NCBI GenBank assembly: GCA_043228905.1
Contig: JBHGNT010000006.1
Coordinates: 9,176,001 to 9,240,000 of the forward strand
Source: Azolla caroliniana
Taxonomy: Eukaryota > Plantae > Polypodiophyta
Direction: 5' to 3'
DNA length: 64,000 bases
A program made the translations under genes and the position numbers. The notes below the pieces were generated by a model. That model had not been told where the DNA came from and searched no databases. It worked only from the letters and a program-made list of their open reading frames with translations. The number at the start of each line of letters is the position of its first letter. Within the stretch, counting starts at the first letter, position 1. Below, piece after piece: positions 54,606 through 64,000 of the stretch.

Positions 54606-57600
54606 GTAGAGAATGTGTTCAGTTTGCGATCAAGGATTGTAAAGTTGATAAAATATTGTCTTTTTAATATACATCATGTTTATATCAAATACTTTTGCTT
54701 CTTGAATCATACTTTGTCTCAATCTTCCTTCTTAAATCATACTTTGTCTCTATCTTGCTTTTGGAATCATATATTGTCTCTATCTTCTATCTATTCTCGT
54801 CTCTCTCTCTCTCACACACACACACATTAATCATAACTCTTCTTCTTGTTATTCTTAACCTGTCTAACATCACCATACAAGCCTTATTAAAATTTAAGTT
54901 CCTTCAACTCCCCTTAACCTTAGTCCCTACGACTTCGCCGCACGAACCACAACTACCCCGACACATTTGGTGAACCCGACGTGAAGGCGGCGTCAAGGAA
55001 AAATGGAGGAGCAAATGAGGCTTATGTGTACGATGATGGAACGAATGATGCGAGAGCAAGGGATGATGGCAAGCATCGACAAAGCCATCGACAATAATCT
55101 TGCACGAGTAGGAATCTTCGAAGGTATAAATTTAACAAGATATTTGAAGATTTACAATGAAGAAATGCTTAAACGTGGTGTTGACAAAGCTGGCAAAATT
55201 AATAGCTTTAGTCGAGTCACTGCAATTGGGCGACAACAAAGGATCCAGGAGCTACAGAGGGAGCATTAGACATGGGCAGCTCTTGAAAGAGCATTATTGA
55301 ATAAATACAACCTCAACAATATGTCAAGGATGACAATGCGAGCTTTCATGGATTGGTAGAGTCTAATAAACATTTAAGTGTTTTGGAAGTGTTAAAACAG
55401 TTTTATGAAAGATTTGAGCAATTAAATGTTAGGGATAGAAATATAATAATGCCACATAAAGTAATATTATTTCTACAAGCTACTAATATTAAAGACAGGA
55501 AAGACTTGGGAATGCTTTTGGAAGATCAAAATAGTCCTAGTGGACTTACTGAAGATTGGGAGGTGGTGAAAAGGGCTTGCACCCATTTTTGTAAAAGAAA
55601 GTTATGGTTTATGGAGCTGCCGGAGAAGAAGGGAGATGAAACAGGGAGCAACTCGGGAGAGAAGAAAATAGAAGATTCCCTCTTGCATGAGTTGGTGAAA
55701 GGCATGAAAGACTTGTCTTTCAAAGTGACGAAGCTAGAATCGGGACAAAGCTCGACTTCATCAAGGCAAGGAGGTGGAATGGTTCGAAGGTGTATGTGGT
55801 GTGATAGTGTCGACCACCAAAAGAAAGACTATCAAGAACATAGGGATTCTCTTAATCATGATAAAATCTACAATCAAGATGGAAAGATTCACTCGACAAA
55901 GACTCAACAACCAATCCAGCTCAACTTCGGGAAAGGTGGAATGAAAAAGCTAATGGAAGATGCTGAGAGAGAAACAACTCAAGTGATACAATCCGTGAAA
56001 ACCTTAGGGTTGCGTGTAGACTTGACTCATATGGTGGATTTGGCTTTTGGCAAGGTGTGATGAAGTATGCAAGAAAAGGGAAGGTTCAAGTGAATGAATT
56101 AAAAAGCGCGGGTGATGAAATATGGAACTTCACTGGATGGAATGATCCAGTAGACACACTATCAGCATTTGCCCAAGTGAATGTACAAGATGCACTAGTG
56201 GAAGAGAAGCGAAAGAGAGCCGAGGAGGTTGATTCAGCAAAGAAACATGAGACACAAGAACAACTTCAGAGAAGAGAGATGGAAAAGGATGCTCTTGAGT
56301 CAAAAGAAGCTGATAAAGTCAAAGGGAAGATAGGCCCAACTTTTAAGCTTGCTTCAGACACAGAAGCCACGACGGATATAAAACATGTCATGGAAGAAGT
56401 TACTAGAGAGTGTGCAACAACAAATCTCCAAGATTTGAATCATGAATCCATCAATGTTGCAGGTCTAAAGAAGATAAAGGATGTTGGCATTCATGAAGGG
56501 GATAGGAGTCATTATACAAAGAACCATTGGGCTCAAGCAACAAAAGAGACGCCTACAAAAATTGCGGAGCAACAAATTCCTTATATTTCTTTGATAGATC
56601 ATGGATAAAAAATTAACATGATGTCTTCAGAATGTTATGCTCAAGGAAGGTGGCCAATCGATAAGAATCATGGGTCGAAGAAAAGATTTGCAACAGAGAT
56701 GACAGAGTATCTATTCGGAGCATGTCCCAGTGTGAAAGTAACAATGGAGATGTGTCGGTGGATCAAAATTTCATTATGCAAGATAGATCAACCTACTCCG
56801 TCATCCTTGGTCAACCATACATCAATGTAGTAAAGATGGAAACAAGCGTGATTGATGACGGTTTGACTTTCGTGAGGATCAAGAGTCGGGATGGAAGGAA
56901 GAAGGGCCAGTTCTTAACTGTGAGGCCTAACCGTGAAAGAAAGAAAGAATGCTTGAGGGAACATCCAGTTCAGAAACGGAATGAAGAGTTTTTCCAAGAC
57001 TTTGGATGAACTTTGCACAACCAGTGTGCAAATTCAGAGGGGGTGGGTGTCGTGAAGGATTTGCTTCACGATATAAAAATAAACTTGAATATTGTATTAA
57101 GTAACATTTGAGAGACTTGAACCTGTAACCTCACACACCAAAGACAAAGCATATACCTTTAAGATAAGTTATTTTCTATTGTTTGTTTTTATTACCATAC
57201 TTATGACATGTGTATCTTCATACATTAGAGCTTAGATGAGCATGATGGCTATCATGCATCACATGCATTACATGCATGCCATGCACCCCCATATCATCAT
57301 ATGCATGAGAGAACCTATAAAGAGAGGTAAGGAATTAAGGGATGAATCAAGGAAAAACAGGGTAATCAATCAATGAATAGAAAGTTAGAATATTTTTTTT
57401 CCTTCCACAAAGTATTCATTCTTTTCTCTGATGCAAAAAATAAGATTTCCAACGGCTTTTGCTACTCCAACTTTCCACCCGCAAAGACTCTGGATTAGAT
57501 GTATGTTTCCATCAGCCATCACCGACCAGATACTGCATCGGAGACGTTATGGATTCCACTGTTTCCACAACTGAGCTCTTGGCAGCTGGGTCCTTCCTAC

Positions 57601-60343
57601 ACACCGGAGCGTGAAGTTCTTTCGAGATGAGAGAAACATAGTTGTTGCTGGCGGGTCATAAGATCCTCAGTGAGTAGCTCCACCCGGGAGTGAAGCAGTT
57701 CGGGCAAATAACTATTCTTTGTAGTATAAGAAATCGTTTGTATATTAACGGTGTTTCGAGCTGGAAGTTGGCAAAAAACTTGACCCGAGATTACTACCAC
57801 TGCAATGAAATAAGATAATCAAAGAAACAAATAATAAGTTAGCTTGTTGGTGAAGAGGCTCGTGTTTACAAGTTGGAGTCAAGGGTTCAAATCCAAAGTT
57901 TGGCAAAGGAAGATTGCATCTTGCGATGAAGCATTGTACAATTGGTAAAATCTTGTGTTCTTAATATAAAGTTTGTTCTTATCATACCATTTCAATTCTT
58001 CAATCATACATTGTCTCTATCTTTTTATCTGTACTCGTCTCTTTGTCACGCATTACTTTTACCTCTTCTTCTTCCTATCCTTAATCTTCCTAACATCGAT
58101 GCACAAATCCTTATAAAATATATAGCCGACTCCCTTTAACCTTAGTCCCTGCGACTTCGCCGCACGAACCACAACCACCCCAACAATGTTGGCGATCGTA
58201 GATCCACATTTGGGTTCACTTTCTCACTTGGGAGTGCCGCGATCGCCTCGAGTAGCAAGAAGCAGCTGATAGTTGCACTGTCGAGCACAGAGGCTGAGTA
58301 TCGAGGAGCGGTTGTCATGACATACGAAGCCATTTGGCTGAAGAGGCTACTCAAGGATCTGTAGGTGGAGGTGTCCGCTCCGACGACGATCTACTAAGAA
58401 AACCTCAACAACATCCAACTTGCGAAGAACCCCGTCTTCCATGCACGCGCCAACGTGTCCTCTCCGGTGAAGTTGAACTAGCGTATGTTCTGATATGTTC
58501 CGACGGATCGGCAGACTGGCGACATCTTCACCAAGCCCCTTGGTCTCGACAAGTTGCGGCAATTCTTGAGTGTGCTTGGTTTGCGGCACCTCGACGTGCC
58601 GAACTTGAGGGGGAGGAAATATCAAGAAAGGGAGTAGAAAAGGAGTAGAAGTGACCTCGAAGCCAAGTCGGATGCAGAATTCAATTGAAGAAGCCGAACT
58701 TGGAAACAAGGGGCTCAATCGAAGGGAAGAACCGGAGTCAACCGAACAAGGGGGAGATGAAGCCAAGAAGGGCAAGAAGACCAAGACCAACACGTGTTTA
58801 AGGGCCTAAAGACAGGAAATGAATTGGGGACAGCCAATTCGGGCATGAGCAAAAACGAATCGAAGACAACCGATTCGGTTTGAATATTCGATTCGGAGAC
58901 GCCGAATCAACTAAAGGCCAAGCAGAGGAAAGGGTAGTGGAAGAGGCGCCAACACCGCGACAACAAGGGAGCTAAGAAATGCCGCACGAGCAGACAAGCC
59001 GACCGAAAGCGTAGAGGCGCGCGGAATTGCACGAGTTGATGTGCACGAGCGAGGCGTAAAGTCAGGAGAAGCCGGAACGAAGATTTGGAAGAGCAGACGG
59101 AACCTGAAGTTGATCTTGAGGGGGAGTGTTGAGATACAAGCTCAATATTGGGTGCATAAACCAATGCGTAGATTGGGTGCATAAACCGGATGCGCAACGA
59201 GAGGCCGTAGCGGTGCGTAAACCGAGAGGTCGTTTGATAGATATTCCACAGAGGAATATATTTTGGGAGTTAGTGTAGGGGCTCATTGATGAGCATTGAA
59301 GTACGAGTCAGTACTTCTGTCAGACTGTATGGACTTGTATAAAAGTGCTCTATGAGCACATCCTATGTCAGAGTTTTAGAGTATTCTATTGGAATAGAGT
59401 TTTTTGTGTTCTGCTCTCTCTGTCTCTGTTACGTACGCTATGTTGATTAAGTTTTCCATTAAACCTCTCTTGTCTTTTTTCTGTTGTTAACCGGTTGTGT
59501 CTGTTAAGCTTCCGCACGTATTCTTTTACACTATCAAACCATTAAAACCAAGGTTTCGTGGTTCAATTTCAATTTTCAACTTAGGTCAAAATTTAAAATG
59601 TAAAAAATTTCATTATATTAAATTTTGTAGAAATATAAAATGGGGAAGAAATACGATATCTAGTTATCAGGGGAATAACCAAACTTCCATCCTAATTTAG
59701 TTTTTAATAAAAAAATCTCAGAAAGGCTCTTTATTTTTTCTAAAATGTGAGAATTAGGCTTAAAAATCAAAAGATTGTTTTGAAAATAAAAAATTTTAAA
59801 AAAGAATATTTTAAAAAAACCCATTAAACAGTTTAAATTGCGGTTTCTATACATTGATTCAGAAACCAAACCAAACCAAATCGTTCACCCCCAAACTGAA
59901 CCGAATCATTAAAAAAAACTTGAACATGAATTGAATTGAATTGAACCGTTTAAACCATTAAGCCGCACTTTCTCGGTTAGGTTCGGTTCAAACCAAACCA
60001 TTGCCGACTGTTAGTGGCCACCCATCCTAACATGGCTACACCAATATAAACCCCTTAACTTGGACCATAAAGGGTCTTTTCCAATCAATTTTCTATCATT
60101 AATCCTAGAATCAATAAATTATACGCAAAATGTTTTTTATCACAAATATTACTACCTATTTTCATATCATTTCCTATCAATTACTACAAATACATTTTCA
60201 TAACTATTTCCTACAAATTTCTTTTCAAGAACAATCGTTGTTGCGAAAATGCCTGGATGTGTGTGCTACTCAAACAAGTCCACAAGGGACGACTAGGGAG
60301 GATGCAATGACTTGGAAGGTGCGGATGTTAGTCGACTCAAACA

Positions 60344-60479
60344 CTCTTAGGAGTTAAAGGTTCTCTAGAGTCGAATGATCCCTACATTAAGAAGATCCCT
60401 AGAGTTGAAGGAAGCCTAGAGACAAAGGGAGCCCAAAGTTGAAGACTCGCTAGACTCGAAGGCTCTTTAGACACGAAGG
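60344..60479. repeat. Degenerate 17-bp tandem array (~8 units)
   Basis: Units such as ATCCCTAGAGTTGAAGG, AAGCCTAGAGACAAAGG, CTCGCTAGACTCGAAGG and CTCTTTAGACACGAAGG. Confidence 0.7.
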
Positions 60480-60897
60480 TTGTAGGATGCGAAGATAGTG
60501 ACGAGTTGAATGATGATTTGCAAGAGGGAAACAATTAACACGCGGTTAGGATTGCGCGGTTAAGGGAATGTACACGTGATTAAGACAAAAATGTGAAAAA
60601 AATATACAAAGTATCTCTTTACAAATTAGGGTTTACAACTATTAGAGCTAGAGTAGCACATGGTGGTTTTTACAAAACGGTCATTCAAATAGAGCACAAA
60701 CCAAAACAAAATGAATGAAAGGGGGGACTTTGGAGTTTCCGTCGAAGGTGAGTGTTGTTCTGCCAACAACCGACAGACACAATAGGTCGAACGTCTTACT
60801 TCTGAGAACGTTATATATCAAGATGATTGTGGTTGGAGAGATGGTATGTGTCAACACTACCCCAAACTTTTTGTAAACAACTCAAAACATAATTACT

Positions 60898-61860
60898 TTA
60901 GGCCTCCAGGTAGCACGTCGCGTCTTTGCCATTAAATCGGCCGATCGCACCGACTATCTAATCAATGGCTCTGTCGAGGGCGCTCGTGCCCTCTCGAGCG
61001 TTCATTAGGTGGTCGACGGCCACCACCATCACCTCCGCTAGTTCACTCCTTTCACGTCGGGTTCACCAAAGATGTCATAGATATCCGCGTGTACATGTTG
61101 GTATTGAAACGGGGTTGGACCATCGGGGCCTCGGACCAAGGAGCCGGTAAGGGAAGAAGAAATATCAGGATCGGTGTCTGGCTAACTCTCACCAGAGTGT
61201 TGTTCTGGAGCTAGTAGAAAGAGGATTTTCCGGATCGGTTTTCAGGTAACCTCGTCGAATCACGGTCTAGACATGTAACCAATCCAGACCAGTCTCCGGA
61301 TGCTGAATGGTGAGCACACAGGCTCGACACACGTTATCTATTCCAGAGCTGCACCAAACAGTGAACAATGAGCTCACATGCTCACACACTCAAGTACGCA
61401 CGCGCAAGCGAGTAGGAGCGGTGGTAAGAACACGATACAGAACCCGGAAACAACAAAACAGTTTGTTAAATTATACCAAGAGAATTACAACCGGACTCAT
61501 CCGGCAATGGATCTTCGAGCTGCCCTGACTCACACACGCAGACACAAGTGAGCCTTCGATTGGGAGCACACGGGCTACCAGTGCGAAACAAAGGGCCTCA
61601 AGACACCACAACAGGAAACCAGAAAACAAAGAATAAGAAGGAAGCCTGCAGAGCTCGATCCGGCAACACTTCATTCTCCCAAAATCATTGATCCCTTCCT
61701 CAGTCTTCTTCCCCTCCTTTTATAGCTCAAGGAGGGAGAGAAGAGTCGTCACATCATGATGTTAAGATAACCTCTTTTCTCTCAGATTTGCTCCTCAATG
61801 TTCTCCCATCAATCCCTTATTCCCCTCGATACGTGTGGTCATAAAGTACTTATTATGACA
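60898..61860 (-). mobile_element. Truncated tRNA-Trp-primed gypsy-like element: one LTR, PBS and gag start
   Basis: LTR 61073-61860 (TGTCATA...TATGACA); PBS complement TCACGTCGGGTTCACCA at 61052-61068; the minus strand then reads MNAREGTSALDRAID*IVGAIGRFNGKDATCYLEA, similar to ASIDKAIDNNLARVGIFEGINLTRYLKI of the 55003 ORF. Confidence 0.8.
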
Positions 61861-61865
61861 CTCTA

Positions 61866-62157
61866 TGTTGAGAATCAAGCTCAACTTGGTCTAGTGTGTG
61901 AACTTACCTTGAGAGTGAGGAGACACTCCAACGGTCAAGAGTCACCATTATGTCACCACTTTGTATTCTAGCATTTAGTATGAGTCATAGAATCATATTC
62001 TATGACACATAACTTATGAGCTTTCACATTCCTCATGCTCCATGAGGCTTGTAGTTAATGAAGAGAGAGGGTGACTACATAAAGCATCCTCCTCCCACCT
62101 TGTATAATGTTGAGTCTTTCTCCTTTGTCAATATACTTTTACCTTGCGTATTCTCTG

Positions 62158-62224
<67 letters not shown>

Positions 62225-64000
62225 CACACATAGCTCACATCTCTTCCGCTTCACAAGAATCCATCTCTTGATTCTTTACATGGTATCAGAGCGATTTGGC
62301 AGCTCGATCTAGCCCATTCGCCTCGTCGTGATCGTGTGTTGTGCTCCACGCCGACAACCAAGAACCGGCTCATCGCTATCGTAGCTTCGCTACATAGCTC
62401 GCATTCGAAGAGAGAAGAAGAAGAAGAAGAATCGACATAATGAATACTCAAATGGGGAGCGCTATCCCTACCGAGAAGTTGGATCGAAACAACTTCGCAT
62501 CTTGGGAGTACAAGATGCACCAATACCTTGTTGGACAAGGCTATTGGAGCTACATCAAAGGAGTGCATGAAGACCGACCCGCCGAAGTGGCTCCCGGATA
62601 CGTGACATGGGAACAAGCCGCAAGCCGCGTGATGTATTGCTTGGCGACATGTGTTCACGATCACATGCTCAGTTACATTCGAGAAGCCAAGACGCCGAAG
62701 GAAGCGTGGGAAAATCTACGAAAGATTTTCGCCGCCAACACGACCGCGAGGAAGCTTCAACTCCGCCAAGAGTTGAACAACATTCAACAAAGGGACATGT
62801 CCATCACAACATACAGCTTGAAGATCAAGGAGCTTTGCGACTCGCTCGGCTCAATAAGCGTAAGTATAGATTATGATACGATGGTGCAAATATGCCTCGG
62901 CGGCCTCGCACCATGGTTCGGCGCGATGCGAACCGCCGTTCTAGCATGGGAGAAATCTCCCTCCTTCTTCGAGCTCTAATCGATGCTATTGGTCGAAGAA
63001 AACCACGTGCGTACAAGGAGCAATGAGTCGGAAGGTCACATGCTCTACACACACTCTAATGGAGGAAGAGGGCGCGGATGAGCGAGAGGCCGATTTGGCC
63101 AAGGACAAGGCGGACGAGGTTCGACCTACGACAACAACTCCCAATTTCGTCCGCAAAACGGGGGCCAATGAGGAACCTTCGCAAGAAGGGGGAGCTTCCA
63201 CTCTGACCCGAGCCGTCAAAACGCAACCGAATGCGGATATTGCGGAAAGCTCGGCCACCACGAAGAAGAGTGTTGAAAGAAGATGTGTGAATCGACTTCC
63301 ACAAGCCGACAACTCACGAATTACGCACACAATTCCGACTACGAAGAGTATAGCGGAATGTACGGGAACAACTCCGACTACGAAGATCGTGGCGGAATGT
63401 ATGCACGCAACTCCGACCGTGGCGGAATGTTCATGATGAAACATAGAGCAAACTCTATGTCAGCCTCTACCTCAACTAGTGCCCTCAATCCGGAGGACGT
63501 ATGGTTTGTAGACTCCGGAGCCTCAAACCATATGACATCCCATAAAGAATGGTTTCTCGAACTTCGAGAGCCGGAGCGACCCGGTTATGTCAAAACCGGA
63601 GATGACACTACGCACTTGATTCGGCACATCGGCAATGTCCCGTTCGGCGAAAGAGGTAAGCAAACATACATTAAAAATGTCTTGCATGTTCCCACCATCA
63701 TGAAGAATTTGGTCTCGGTCAGCCAAATGGTTGAGCAAGGGATGCAAGAACGATTCGATCAAGAAGGGTGCTTCATCGAAAAAGAAGGCCGAATCATCGC
63801 ACACGGAAGAAGAGAGGGCCGGATGTTCATTCTCGATTCGCACGAGATGAAATCCACCATGTTTACAAAAAGCACGAAAGCCAACTCCGACATAGAGCTA
63901 TGGCATAAGTGAATCGGCCACATCAATCTCAACAAACTCAAAGCAATGAAATCGAAAGGAGTCGTCATCGGACTCCCGACATTCAAAGAGAAGGAGATTG
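61866..64000 (+). mobile_element. Ty1/copia element (copia-3), 5' part; runs off the window
   Basis: LTR 61866-62280 (TGTTGAGAATCAAGC...TTCTTTACA) with a long (CT)n tract; PBS TGGTATCAGAGC; gag from 62440, knuckle CGYCGKLGHHEEEC, PR DSGAS; in-frame stops. Confidence 0.93.

Larger units (their letters stand above)
54035..58185 (+). mobile_element. Non-autonomous Ty3/gypsy-like LTR element retaining only degenerate gag and protease; tRNA-Trp PBS
   Basis: LTRs 54035-54963 and 57048-58185 (TGTCGTGAAG...CCCC(G/A)ACA); PBS TGGTGAACCCGACGTGA at 54968, complementary to the 3' end of plant tRNA-Trp; PPT AGAGGGGGTGGG; gag-like ORFs 55003-56060 with a CMWCDSVDHQKKDY knuckle; protease-like LIDHG...ILGQP; no RT, RH or INT; apparent 4-bp TSD ACGC/ATGT. 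Confidence 0.85.
50331..59530 (+). mobile_element. Degenerate Ty1/copia element (copia-2); integrase core deleted; interrupted in RNase H by a gypsy-like element
   Basis: LTRs 50331-50666 (5' part rearranged) and 59127-59530; TSD CTGTC/CTATC; PBS TGGTATCAGAGC at 50667; PPT GAGGGGGAG; gag, PR and RT fragments; a jump from pre-integrase to the post-core region near 52325; RH motif SDWAENA|GDRRST split at 54034/58186. Confidence 0.92.
50201..60013. mobile_element. hAT-type MITE (~0.6 kb net) hosting the copia-2/gypsy nest
   Basis: TIRs TAACAATCGGCAACGGTTTGGTT / AACCAAACCATTGCCGACTGTTA; perfect 8-bp TSD GTGGCCAC at 50193-50200 and 60014-60021; GAACC-rich subtermini. Confidence 0.88.

Noticed and set aside
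57480-57800. Organellar gene (e.g. ccm or ndh) as the source of the LTR insert
   Set aside because: Only vague resemblance; no frame gave a motif I could support.
60344-60479. CRISPR-like array
   Set aside because: Contiguous degenerate units without spacers, no cas genes, eukaryotic context.

Overview
Eukaryotic nuclear DNA from a land plant, most likely a seed-free lineage with flagellated sperm such as a fern (inferred from an intron-rich LRRC9 orthologue; the species cannot be read from the sequence). Host genes: the last three exons of a UBC8/UBC10-class E2 enzyme (+, 149-3233); a 20-exon, ~1470-aa LRRC9-like gene (-, 4677-24470); and an intronless CAF1/POP2 deadenylase (+, 38312-39301). 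The rest is mostly transposons: MULE and hAT MITEs, three Ty1/copia elements, one near-intact L1-type LINE and one LINE relic, an RTE-like relic, and two related tRNA-Trp-primed Ty3/gypsy-like elements, in nests up to four layers deep. The most unusual observation is a gag-protease-only gypsy-like element (54035-58185) whose two LTRs each carry two outward-facing tRNA-like Pol III (A/B-box) modules flanking a CATGCA-rich/TATA core. Also notable: LINE ORF1 continues in the -1 frame at an A-AAA-AAC heptamer into a second zinc knuckle and an unrecognised domain, and meets ORF2 at a TGATG stop/start overlap. All coordinates and alignments were derived by eye; no database searches were run.
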